Origin: Lama glama
Taxonomy: Eukaryota
Assembly: GCA_028534125.1 (NCBI GenBank)
Contig: CM052817.1
Coordinates: forward strand, 53,818,001 to 53,882,000
Reading direction: 5' to 3'
DNA length: 64,000 nt
The position numbers and the translations under genes were made by a program. The notes below the pieces were generated by a model. That model saw nothing but the letters and a program-made list of their open reading frames with translations. It made no database searches and was not told where the DNA came from. Positions 1 to 12,954 of this stretch are shown piece after piece. The stretch's first letter is position 1. The number at the start of each line of letters is the position of its first letter.

Positions 1-315
1 GTTTAATATATGTAAACTAATTTCAATTGAAGCATAATATTTGTACTCCAATAAGAAACTGGCTACAAGTTTGTATTTTTTACATAGATAATTTCTCTTT
101 ATTCAAAATAAACATAATAATTCTATTTAAAAAAATGTTATTAGGAAGCAATCAATACTTAAACTATTAGCCATTAGTTTCTTTGAGTAATTAGTTATTT
201 TTTGGTTGTGCTGTTGTTCAAAAAACTTGGTTATGAAAAATGAGTGTCGTGTTGCCAATAAGCAGATACAAACCAGAGAACATGGACATTCTCTCAGATT
301 GAAGTATGCACAAGT

Positions 316-318
<3 letters not shown>

Positions 319-358
<40 letters not shown>
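319..358. repeat. (CA)20 microsatellite
   Basis: Perfect CA run. Confidence 0.98.
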
Positions 359-364
<6 letters not shown>

Positions 365-1171
365 TAGTCCAAGAGTGTTGCTGAAGTTATAGCATCAAGA
401 TATAATATTAAAGATACATTTAACATGACTGTTAATAGTACAGCCCCTGTTCTTTTGTAGCTCAAATTTTTGAGAGCTAGTCTTAGAACCAAAACAAATT
501 TTCAACAAATTCTTTTCAAAGGAAAATGTATTTCAAGAATTTCTGCAAACTTATTCTACAGGCTAAGAACTTCTTATATAAATAACTTTAATTACAATAT
601 TACAGAATGTCTTGGATTAAGCAGGGAATTTAAAAATTTTACATAATCTCACCAAATGTGTTGTTAAAATAATATCATTAAATTTTAGTCTTATGAAAGT
701 TTTATACGTTTTGAAAATGGTCTCTGCTTAGCAAATGTTTTATTTGGAAATAAATGTGCCTTTGGCATAGTGCTCTCTAAATGTGGAAGTGAAATTACTT
801 TAGAAGTTATTATTTCTTATTCTGTAAGAAAATTCTTCAATAGCATTTGGTACAATAGATTTAAATTCCCCGAGGAACTGAACAGTGAAAGAGGCAATAT
901 GAAACACTTAGCATGTACTGCGTGAATCATCCCTCTGTGAGAGCTGCCTGGGCTTAACTATCTTCTGGAAGGTAGTGTGGCAAGAATCCCTTTTCTAATT
1001 CAATTGCCATATGGCCGCACTTGCTGTTCTTGGCTACCTGCAGGCTTTCTCAAAACTTCCTGTATTTCCTCTGTTTCACATTAACTACCCTAAAAGTTTG
1101 TGTGGTTTGTGCCCTGTTTCCTATGCCAATGCTGAAACAATTAATCCTGGTTTTAAGGTGAAGGAGAGTAA

Positions 1172-1304
1172 GGACATCCCTCAGTATCCATGGGGGATTG
1201 GTTCCAGGACCCCCTGAATACCGAAATTCATGGCTGTTCAAGTTCCTTACAGTTGGCCTTCTGTACCCACAGATGCTGAACAGATAGATATGGAGGTCTG
1301 ACTG
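1172..1304 (+). mobile_element. Short Tigger-derived MITE (MER2/MER8-like)
   Basis: tccctcagtatccatgggggattggttccaggacccc...gatatggaggtctgactg followed by TA; degenerate terminal inverted repeats. Confidence 0.75.
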
Positions 1305-3344
1305 TACTGTATGGGTGTTTAGTACATGCCTGGGCACATATATCCCACCTCATACTATTCTATACGTCTAGGATATTCAATGTCACTTGCATACAATGCA
1401 AAACCACTGGTTAAGGGGAGACAAATGCTAAAGGAATAGCTTATTGCACTAAGCCCAGTAAAGGCAAACGGTCAGATAGACCTGCCATTGAAAAACATGA
1501 TTTATCTGAAAACTACCTTTATCCACAAAGTATCATTTAATTTGTGAAATCATTAATTTTAGTAGGCCATTCAGGTTTAATATTTCAGATATGTCAATTC
1601 TTTTTTTTAAAAGGAAATTATCACATACATGAAATCTATAAATTATGTTTATAGCAGTACTATAATGACATAACCCACTGTTGACAGATGAAGTGCATTC
1701 TGATGACACTACATACATTTTAAAGTCAAGATCGAAAAATCTTACAAGATCAATACATTCTAGAATTCAAAGGAGAATTTGTCACATACTGTAAACCTTG
1801 ACTTTTTTTCCCATTTACCTATACTAAGATGTCATTAAAATTCTTTTGTAGCAATTTAAAAATATTATATAACCAGCACATATTGCTATATATTTGATAA
1901 AGTCTTACTACATTAATTTGTTTATTGGTTTAATACTCTAAAGAATTGATACTAATCCACATGAGTAAATTATTATGTTCTTCCAAAATTATTCTCTTCA
2001 AAAATATAAGAAACATCATTGCAAATTAAATAATAAAGGTGCTGACATCTGTATTAGTCTTCCATAAAATTGCCAATTACCAATCCAGCAAGTACTACCT
2101 TTAGGTTTACTCAGAAAATAGAAAAATAAAATAATGAAACAAATTAATTTCTCAAAACTACAACAGGACAACAGAAAGCCATACTTTTAAAGCTTATTAG
2201 TCTCTTCTACTAAAATACTCCTCACCATTGTACTTATCACCAGTCATTTTAAAAAGGCATGACTCTGTATTTAGAAAAATGGTGAAACCAACTGACCAAT
2301 GTATATAAATGTCACCTAAAATGTATGTTTTATAATGCTTTTAGATACTAGTAACACTACCAGAGTGCAGTTCCTTATTCAAAGCTAGCATGTTTAATGA
2401 AGTGTCATTACAATGCCTTAGGACATTGTAATTTGTTGCCTGTTTAATTCACTCTTATTAAAGTAGACATCTGACTATTAACCAGTTTTTTGAAGTAATG
2501 TAAATTAACAATGGTGTTTACTTCATTTTCTACAGTCACAGACTAAACTATCCTTGGTGAATATTAAATGCAACCAGTAAACAATCTTTGGCTACTGTTA
2601 AACGATTACATTTACAAGGTTTAATTATATCAAGTTGTTTACGAGAGTTTCTTTTCTCTGTAACATATGCAGATCTCTTTATATTTGTACTATATATATC
2701 TGGCAAGATTGAGAGAAGAAGGAATACGGAGAACTGGGGCAAGAAACAGGGAAGAGAAGAGGAAAAAAGACAGATACATACTTCAAGCATAATAACTCTA
2801 GTTCTAAGCTTACTGCATGTGTGTTACTTTTTTTTTTTTTTCAATGTCATTTGCCTCACAGCACACTCATGCACCTAACTTTGCAATACTTTGTGAGCAA
2901 GTGCATGAACTGGAAAAGACCAACAGAGCGATGCAGGAATGGAGTATGATCAGTGGTACTCAAGACTAGAACCACTGTTTAGCTACAGTTTTATATCTCA
3001 GAATACAAAACTAGATCTCATGTATCATATATAGTTTATGTTGTCTTCATGTCCCTGATATGTTTTTTTAAAAAAAGTGTATCACTATTTATTTAACAAA
3101 ATGCATCCTATATTTTATGGTGGATATAAGAAAAGTGCTATCTGTTATAATTTATTAACACTAAATGTTGGAATAATTCTCATGGTCCCATGTTGTTTAA
3201 ATTAATAGAAGTTAGTAGCATAAGAATTGTAATCACTACTCTTGTAAATGGATGCTTTTAATATAATTTATTTTTATAGTTAAAATGTTGTTAGTCATAA
3301 AGTTTGTATTCTTTCATTTGTATCAGCTAAATAATAGTCCTAGT

Positions 3345-3590
3345 AATAATAACAGTATTTCTTATTTGATAAATGCTTATATATGCCTAACACTCTACAT
3401 ACATGCATACTTAAATACACACACACAGTTTCAAATATTGCAATAGTTTTGCAAGATACTTATAACCTCCACATGACAGACTAGAAAGTGAGAGAAACTG
3501 ATTTTTTTGCCCACAGCCACATGGCTAATAATTAGTTGAGCCCAAATTTTATTCTACTCTACCTGACTTCAAAGTCCCTGAAGCTAGTGT
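3345..3590 (-). mobile_element. MIR SINE (degenerate)
   Basis: aataataacag...tttgcccacagccacatggcta...cctgacttcaaagtcc. Confidence 0.55.
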
Positions 3591-3811
3591 ATGTTTCTCA
3601 AAAAAATTAACATACAAGCTATAAAGTAAACAAAAGGTATAGTTTTGTTGACTATTATAAATTCTCAATGAGATGAGAAATTTATATGCTGTACATAAAT
3701 CACAGATTGTTGAATTATGTCCCAAGTAAAAATGTTCAACCTTTACAAACTTAAAGTGACGTCTTGATAAGTTAGTAAAAATCTCTTGGTAAGTCAGCAA
3801 AAATTTTAGTA

Positions 3812-4575
3812 TTTTTAAACAGCTTTATTACAGTATAATTCATATACTATAAATCATCTATTTAAAGTACACAATTCAATGGTCTTTAGTATATGTAAAA
3901 GTTGTGAAATGTAATCTAATTTTAGAGTATTTTCATGGCGCCAGAATAAAACCTTTTATCTATCTATAGCTAGTCCTTGCTGTCTCTACCAAATTCACTC
4001 CCTTGGTATGGAAATGGCTTCCCTACCCTCTACCCAATCCTGGTAGACTGGGTTCATTTTGTCTCTAAGGATTTGCCTCTTCTGGACATTTCATATAAAT
4101 GAGATCATATATTTGTAGTCTTTGTGACTGGGTTATTTTATTTAACATGACGTTTTTAAAGTATTTCATTTTGTGGCATGTGTCAATACTTCATTCATTT
4201 TCATTTCTAAATAATATTCTACCACATGGATATACCAGCTTTTGTTTATTTTCTCATCAGTTAATGGACATGGGGGTTTCCACTTTTTGGCTAACATAAA
4301 TAATGCTGCCTATGAACACTCGTGTAGAAGTTTTTGAATGAGTCTACATTTTCATTTTTTCTGGGGTAAATCCCTGGGAGTGGAATTGCTGGGTTATATG
4401 ATTACCGCGGTTAGTATTTTGAAGATCTGTCAAACTGTTTTCAAAAGTAGGAGCTGCACCATTTTACATTGCCACCAACAAGATGTGAGGACTCTGACTT
4501 TTCCACATCCTCATCAATATGTGTTATCTGTCTTTTTGATTATAACCTTCTAGTGGGTGAAATTATGATATAAAG
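3812..4575 (-). mobile_element. Old L1M (L1MB-like) 3' fragment
   Basis: ttttaaacagctttatt...tttaaagtacacaattcaatgg...ctggacatttcatataaatg...gagtggaattgctggg...ccacatcctcatcaa, typical antisense L1 3' end. Confidence 0.85.
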
Positions 4576-6448
4576 TTAGCTCTAGATGTGGAACTCATTA
4601 TACTTTGGTTTTAGTAAGAACTTAAGTCTTACATTTGACTTTAATCATATTTTGTAAAGAACAGGATAGCAGTCCTGATGTTCTCTGATATAGTTCTGGT
4701 ATGGCTAACTCTTAACCAAAAAAAATTACGCTCAATCCAAAATTCTTATATATGGTGATAATTTTATGCCCAATCATACGGTTCCTGGTGATGAAATGAT
4801 GACACAATAAGCCCTCAGTCTCTAATATATATACACACAAAACATGCCCTTGGCCTTCAATAACATCACATATAACATACAGAGCGCTCCCCACACACAT
4901 ATTGAATGGTTATCTTGATATATATCAATGACCAATACTTCATTATCTGTGTTAATTCCTACTGGGCAACCTAAGGTCAAATATAGCTGGTGATACATTC
5001 AGTAAAGTAAGTGCTTCTTGTCAATGCAATGTTACAAGTAGGAAGATTTTACAACATCATATAATAATATGCTTATAGAAATACTTCAAATGAATATATA
5101 GTATTCTATGAGTAGGACGAAATGCTTAGAAATTGTGAAATATACTAAGTAAACCAATGCATGTGACTTGCAGATACTATCAAATTTAAAGTTCCTTGGC
5201 TAGATGGTTTCTTGAATGATGCTATAAACTAGTATTTGAAAAATCGATAATCACTTTCCTACCCAAATGATTATGCTGGTTAGAGAATGAAGTGAAAATA
5301 AAGAAATGGAGGGGCTTTTAACTAGCAGAGAAGAGACAACCCTTTTTAGAGCTACTGTGAGCTAGGGAGACAAATCTAAGACTTAATAGATGATTTATAG
5401 TAATTTTCAGATCATAAAATTGATTTCAATTATTTTTAAGAGCTTGGTTATGTTCTAGAACTCAAGGATGTTCTAATCCATTATAAATGTTCATGACCTA
5501 ATTGGCATCTTTCAAAAAGGCTTTGCTAGTTTTCCAGCCCACATTTTAATTCTGGGGCTAAGCCCTGTGCTATGCTTCTTCCCAGCACCCTCCCTCCCTG
5601 TGCTCTTGGAACCTACCCCAGTCTTTTTCCAAACTACCAATCATGTTAACCCCTGCTTTTTCTGTTGTAAACTTAGACTTCAAGAAAAGTGCTATAAACT
5701 ACAAATGTTATTTTTTCCTTTAAATAAAAAAAATTAACTGTTCAGTTTGTATTTTTGCAGGTGATACTGAGGTAATTAAAGGTTACATGAACTAATTAAT
5801 TTCAGGTCATAAAATCAATGTATTTAGCACCGAAATTTCCAAATCAGTCCTGTTTGAATCATTAAGTCAATGCTAGCCTTTATCTTTTGACAGAATCATA
5901 TTGGATGGCTCCACTGAATGATAAATAACAGTGTAAGAGAGACTAAAGGAAGTTAGGAAAACAGAGAAAATGGAAAACACCAACAGTTAGTGCAGTTTGA
6001 ACCTATGATCCACTAACTGAGTTATTTTTTTTCATGACTGTATGGGTCTTTTAATCTGATTTTTTAAAGTGTCTGATAACTGTGACTACATGTAATTCTA
6101 AGTACATTCTCTCGAGAATAATGTCAATATAGAACCAAAGATTTCATTAAACAACATCAGAAAATAATGAGATTCTCTCATAAACATTGCAAACTGATGG
6201 CAAACTAAGAAACTTCTCAAAATCAAATTATGTATGCGTTGTGTGTGAGTATGTGTTCTGTACATAATAATCAATTCAACGGCCTTAATAACATTTCACA
6301 GGAAAACAATCATAATCCATCAGCCAGATGGAATATGATAGTTATCTTTATCTGGTTCAAAATAACACTTACTTAACCTACAAAAACAATTTTGTCTCTA
6401 ATTTTATCTCCTACCATTGATAAGATTCTCTACTTTTTAGAAATGTAA

Positions 6449-6449
<1 letters not shown>

Positions 6450-6485
<36 letters not shown>
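6450..6485. repeat. (TTA)12 microsatellite
   Basis: Perfect trinucleotide run. Confidence 0.95.
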
Positions 6486-6488
<3 letters not shown>

Positions 6489-7837
6489 GTTTCAGAAATA
6501 AAACCTCATTGTTATTATAACAAAATACATTAAGTACATTAGGAGGAGAGAAATGGAAGAGATGTCTATCATTTGGATTACTGTAATATGTATGCAATGG
6601 TTTTATTCTAGATGTAACCTAAGTAGATGAGACTGAGAAATAAAAACTTCATAATAACAAATTTCCAAAAATAAGTAAAACAGACTATCAAGACATAAAA
6701 ATTTACTGTATTAAGCTTAATAAGAATTCACAGAAAATGAATGACAATCTGTCTCTGAATTCTGACTAATTCCAGTTTATTTAAGACTGTGGACTTGACA
6801 CATTTACATTAAAAAAAAAAACAACGCAGCATTTAAGAAAGTAACACAGGCAAAAATTTTAAAAATCCCCCCTTAAAACACACGAAAGCCTAAACGTGAT
6901 GAACAGAGAGTAGGAAATAACATTTGAAATAAAATAAAAGAAACAATAGTAACAGAAACCAGATAGCAAAGACAGAGATACATAATTCTATAAGCAGAAA
7001 TCCTTCAAGTTGTATTAAAATACATTGCCTATATTTTTCTTTGAGAAATTATATTGACTAAACTCCTGATGGAAACTTGATCTGTTCATTTCAGCTTATC
7101 AAGTAAATACAAATGACTGAATAATATTTCTTTTTCAACACTTGCTTCCTCAAAGGGCAAGGTGGGTTGGGTGAATTCCCAAAGGGAGAAGTTAAACATT
7201 TTTTCCATGTACTCTGAAGATTTCTCTCTGGACAATTTATTTAAAATGTACAAGTGAGACACTAAATACTCCATGCCCATCTGTGATAGAATTTTAGTGC
7301 AATCTTCCCTATCCTTTTTTCTCCCTCTTTCATTTACCCTTTCTATCTGCTTTGCTTCTCTTTGTGTTGGGAAAAATCATAATGGTGAAACTGGACTATT
7401 ATTAAGGCTTGTTTTAAATCAGTGCCTGGGAAATAAATTAGCCTCTATTCCCACAAAGTAATGTCAGTAAATGAGAGCTTCCAGTTATGGTGCAGGAAAT
7501 TTAAAAAATGATGGCCAAAGCTTTAACAAAGTCACAAGAGACTACATAGTATTGATTCTATGAAAAGATAGATTCTTGCTATCCAGAAAATGACATCTCT
7601 CTCAAAATAAATGACTAAAACACAAAGCAAACAAGTTGTCAGTTCAGTAACAGGAAAATTTGCAAATATATACAGATAAAAACAAAAACAAAAGCATATC
7701 AAGAACTGCAAGAGAGCAAAATTGAACTACATAAAAACAATATTTGAAGTAGTGTAAGTTCACAAATAACTGTATCAGTCACTTTAATATCTTAGAGGGA
7801 AAATTCATGAATTAAAATGTAAAATCCTACACTCTAA

Positions 7838-8006
7838 GGGCAGTGACTGCTAATGGGTTTTTTGGGGGGCAGCAAAACTGTTCTAAGATTAGACAGTGGT
7901 GATGGATGCTTATTAACACAACATACTAAAAACAATTTATGTGTATACCTTTAAGGAGTGAATGTCATGGTATGTGATTTATATCAATAAAGGTATTTTT
8001 AAAAAA
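7838..8006 (+). mobile_element. Old L1M 3' terminus fragment
   Basis: gtgactgctaatggg...tgttctaagattagacagtggtgatgg...tggtatgtgatttatatcaataaa. Confidence 0.7.
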
Positions 8007-10069
8007 TCCTATAGTCTATCTAACCCCCTCCACTGAAATGTCTTTAGAGGCAAATACAGATAATATTTTTATCTAATCCTAATCTGGTCTATGGTTGTCA
8101 CCGGGATCCACAAAATGACCTCAGATTTGACCACAATTCACAAAGGTTAGATTAAAAAAATAATTGCTATTAGTTTCATTTAGACAAATGGCTTTATACA
8201 GGCTGCCACTGTACTCAAGAAAAAAATCTGACAGAAGTGAGACAGTCCTCTTTTAATTGTACTGTTGGTGTTTCTACACCTACGCATAATCTACCGTAAC
8301 TATGCTCCCAGTAACTCTGGAGTCCTCTTGTCATTCCCTCCTCCTGAGTCTGCTCTTCCGGGAAGTGAGCTGTTTTATTGCCAGCATATTAAGGCTGCTG
8401 ATTGCTGGTGGTGGAAAGTCATGAAATTTGGCTTCTTAACTTCTGTACAAATAGATGTTATCTAACCTCATCTGAGCCTTCACTACAGCTTGGAAATCTT
8501 TTCATTGATGTCTAATTGGCTCCTTAACACATTTTCCACAGTGCTCATTTCAAAGCTTTTCAAATCTCCTGTCCTCTCAACGTGACCTCACCTATTCACT
8601 CAGCACAAATCAGCATCTCCTACTCAATGGAAAAATTCCTCCACTTCGAAATTTATCTTATCTGCTATTTCCTTCACACCTCAGAAGACAGGGGTCATTT
8701 TACTATCTCAAAAATATCCTGGTTTAGTGGAAATAAGCCTGACTTATTTTATCACACATATGCCACTATCTACCTCTATCACTATGGGCAAGGCAATTAA
8801 TTCACCTGGTCCTTGATTTTTTTCATCTGTAAAATTAATGCCTTGGACTAGGTGAATTCTAAGGCCACTTTCAGTACTAAATCAAGGCTTTTTTCATCTT
8901 ACGTCTAATCTTATGCCTTTCTATCCCCCAGGACCTCTTCCTTTCATTCAGCCTACATACACTGAATACAAATGAGGCAGAAGATACTTTCTCTTTACTA
9001 ATCTCCACTTACCAACTTGATTCTTCCTATCCTAGACATTCTGGGGACTTTATTTTAAAACATCCTTCTTCATTACTATTACCATGAGTTAATAATATTT
9101 TCACTGTTTCTCAATCAGACTTTCTCAGGCTGTGGATAATAGCTGAAGACTCTACTTTCTTGCCACTGATTTTGTTTTGCATCTTCCAATTGGGTTCCTG
9201 CTTCCAGTACTTTGTCAAAAAGTTGTGGCAAAGGACAAGGGATTTTTCCTCCTTGCCTATCTTACATGAATTATCCTGGACACAAAACACCATCTTTGAA
9301 CTTTCTTCTCACTTTCCTCTTGGTTCTCTTTTAAGGCTCTGGTCACCTCTTTTCTTTTTCTACTTTTATTTTCCCTGCTTAATCTCTGTCCTAAATGGGA
9401 GTATTCATCAGAGGTCTATCTTGGTCTTCTTTCTAATTTTTCTTCTATTGCAACTCTCATTCATTCTTGGGATCCCAATCGTTATATTGATGTGAATTAC
9501 AAAAATATTTTCCACTGAATTCCTTTCCAGGATGCTGAACATCTCTATGGGTGTCTCACCAATTTGAAAGTATGCTGAAAATAAAATTCATCTTTATATT
9601 TCAATAGCCACCTAGGGGGAAAAAAAAGGAAAACACAAGCTGCCCCTGCCCCAATCGTCTATCTTCCTGTTAATGATATAAATTACTTTCTAGTGACTGG
9701 AATTGACATGTCATGAAGAAGAGAAGCCATTAACATTAGGGACTATATTGTCCTCTGATTACACATCTTTAATTGAGCTAGTTTTTCATTTGGCAAATGT
9801 CTCAATGCTCTGAAAGACATAAAAGTTATCATCTCTTAATAATTACTGAAGGCTGTGATGTAGATATGGAATATTAGGAATACTTTTTCTCTTTTTACAT
9901 CATAACAGAAGTGCAACTCATGAACTGAATTATCCCTATTTGCTTTCCCAGTTCTATAGTATACTGCTGTGAGGTGATATAAAGAACTTAGCTTCTGAGA
10001 AAATCCAAAGCTTTTATTTCAACTGGATTTAAAAAGAGAGGGAAAAAAGGAAAGAAAACATAAACTCAC

Positions 10070-10290
10070 ACTTTATCTGTTCCGTAACTCCTGTAGTCTA
10101 CTGCAGCTGACACAGCCACAATGAGCGCGGGCATCCCGTAGCCGACCAGGTAAAAGTATTTCCTCCGTGAATGTTCACTCTCAAAAACTTCCACCAGCAT
10201 GATATAGAGCTGCACTCCCTCCAGGAACATCCAGGTGAAAGCCGCCAAGAAGAAGAAATGTAAGAGGGCAGCAAAAACTGCACAAGCAAT
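10070..10290 (-). CDS. ADGRL3: ADGRL3 exon (221 nt): TM3-TM4
   Basis: ccccag|ATT GCT TGT GCA... encodes [73 protein letters not shown] and ends GT|gtgagt; phase 0/2; family-B GPCR WMxxEG motif. Confidence 0.97.
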
Positions 10291-11535
10291 CTGGGGAAAG
10301 GGACACGTGACTTAGTCAAATAACTACCAAGTGAAATATTGTCAACTACCATAACGTTAAAGTAAACATTTATCAAGTCTGTAGTAAGAAAACAAGTCTA
10401 TGAAAGAACAATTGTGACACGATTCTCAAAATTTAGATATTAAAAAGTAATTTAATATAAACTATCTTGGAAAACTATATTTAATATTTTATTAATAATG
10501 GCTATGGATAACTGCAGAGCATTACAATAACTTTAGGAAAAAGTTCTAATAAGAGCCTATTGATAATTATTACTGAGCCTAGTCTAAAAGTTTTGAAATA
10601 GATCCCATGAATTTTTTTTCTTGGCCATAATCATGTGTTTACTAAAATTTTAAGTTCTTCAACTGTAAATGAAAGAGGAACATTAAAATTAAGGAGAATA
10701 AAAGCGCTTAAAATTAAATAATACAATAATTACAGTATTTTATAGTGAGATTATTAATTCATTATTATTAACTGTTTGTTTATTTCTTCCCTGTCTTGTT
10801 TCAGAAAGAAGTTAAGGTGGCACTGGAAAGTTCACATTGCATAGATGTAAAAGTAGATCTGGTTAAAATAAAGTATTCCAAAAGTCCCTTCGTTCTCTCA
10901 TTTTTTGTTATTGTACCAAATGTTGGTCTAGACAAGCTTGGGCAAAACAGGCAGCCAGTCCTTACTTCAGCACATTTTTCTAAGATACTCCAAGTTTCAG
11001 CTGACCACATACTAATTTTTTTTTGTCAGTTCCTGGAGTTCTCACTCCTCTGGGTGGTGGGGAGTCTTCATTTTTTTTTTTTTTAGTAAGTCCTAACTAA
11101 CCTTTATAGTTAAAACTAGAAAAAAGTAACAAATGTATAGAAATTATCAGATTAGTATGGATTCAACGATGAGTATGATCCTTGAGAAACGAGACAAAGA
11201 GCAGGTCTATTTCCTTGGGTTAGAGAGATGACAGCGAAGGGGAGATGAAGAAGTCAAGTGTCAAAGGGGCTAGAGAGAGAAAGCCATATAAGAGGCAGGA
11301 AGACACCCATCCAGCAGTAAGAGTAAAGACAAGTTGGGCTGGGCTGCTCTACCCAAGTTTTTCCTACCAATCATTGTTCTTTATTCTACTACTTGTCAGA
11401 AATTGGTTCTGCGCAGTCTGCAATATTTGGTGAAGCTCACCATACCACATGCAACATCAGGAAACAGAAATAAGAATAAGGTTCCTAAATGAAAAGAAAT
11501 CATAGAGCATTTGAACCACAGGTTAAAAAGAGAAT

Positions 11536-11583
11536 GAAATGATTTCTCCTTAAAAAAAAAAAAAAAAGAAATGATTTCTCCTT
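11536..11583 (+). repeat. Poly(A)16 flanked by a perfect 16-bp direct repeat
   Basis: GAAATGATTTCTCCTT-(A)16-GAAATGATTTCTCCTT. Confidence 0.92.
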
Positions 11584-12744
11584 GGAAAATAACAGTTTTC
11601 CATTTCTTGCGTTAGAACTTCAGCTATTAATTTTTGTTATCTGAAGGCTTTACTTTTTTGGAGAAAGAATGTGCACTTTGATTGCTTATTCATCTGTAAG
11701 CATTTATGGGAAAAGCTGTCACATTTGTATATGATAACCAATTAAAAGTATAATCACCATAATTGTACCCTTTAAAGCCACTAATCATGAATGTGTAATC
11801 ATAAACATGAATCCAACTGCACATTTATTGTAAAGTACTTTATACATATGGACACATACCAGAGAACAGCATTAAGTGAATGAATTATTTATTATGCTTA
11901 CAAGTCTTCTAAAAAATTAAAGTTTTCATTTGCGGTTTTTAGTCATGAGAACAAACTCGTGCTATCTGCATGAATCTTAAGTAAGTAGAAAGAGCTTCAC
12001 AAAAATTCTAAGTGGGCATAGAGTCTGTTTAATATATCAGATACTATCTGCCATTAATATTTTCTGTCTGGTTTTACCAAGAACAATTGGCTAGTGCTAT
12101 TCCTTTTTTCCCCTTTTCCCCTCTCCCTTCTCTCTCTCCCTCCCTCCCTCCCTCCCTTTACTGATATGGCTAAATGTAGTTAGTAGTAAAGTGTGAAGTT
12201 GGCACTTAAAGATGTGAACAGAACTTGAGAAAATAAAAAGCGTAAAATAAAATTTGGGAAGAGTTTACAAATTATAAAAATGACATACAGTTTGAATGAT
12301 TTTCCAAAACATGTCAATTAGAAAAACTCACTTTAAAAATGCAGTTTTTAATATAACATCCATTTTTAAAGTATATTATAAACTTCAGAAAATAGCAGTT
12401 ACATGTTAGACAAGATACTCCTCCATTCCCCAAATGATTTGTTTAGCTTTCCTCAATATTCAGCTCTGTGATTAAAAGTTAAAGAAAAAAATACTAATGA
12501 AGAAACAAGTTCTTTAGAAAGGCAAGCTTATGAACAGAGTTTCTGAAGAAATGTGCATTCATACATCCACAAAGGCATTACTTCTTTATGACAGTGGGAC
12601 ATGAAAAAGGGAAAACTGAGTAAGATCTGAAACTCAGTAACTATCTTAGATGACTTGAAGAGATGATACTTTCAAGTAACAATATTTTGATTGGAAAGCT
12701 GAAAGTGAAGACATTTTTTTCTAATGTTAACGTAGGCTGCTTAC

Positions 12745-12954
12745 TGGTTGGTCGGTTCGGTTGATCCCAATCAGGAAGAGCAGTTCTGCTACAAAAAGGC
12801 TGATGCAGAGGTTCTTATGGATGGTGTTACGGTCACTCTGGAGCCCACGGAAGAAACAGAATGTGAAGATGCAAATCAGGAGACAAACAAGGGATAGCAA
12901 AATTCCAACCCACGTGATCACATCCAGAAGAAGGTCATGGACTGCATCACTGTG
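12745..12954 (-). CDS. ADGRL3: ADGRL3 exon (210 nt): TM1-TM2 of the 7TM domain
   Basis: ttccag|CAC AGT GAT GCA... encodes [70 protein letters not shown]|gtaagc; phase 0/0. Confidence 0.97.

Noticed and set aside
127..492. 121-aa ORF with a VCVCVC run
   Set aside because: The run is the translation of the (CA)20 microsatellite; no coding character.
1..10069. Next ADGRL3 exon (CWLRLDTYFIWSF...)
   Set aside because: Not found by eye; presumably lies beyond the left edge of the window.
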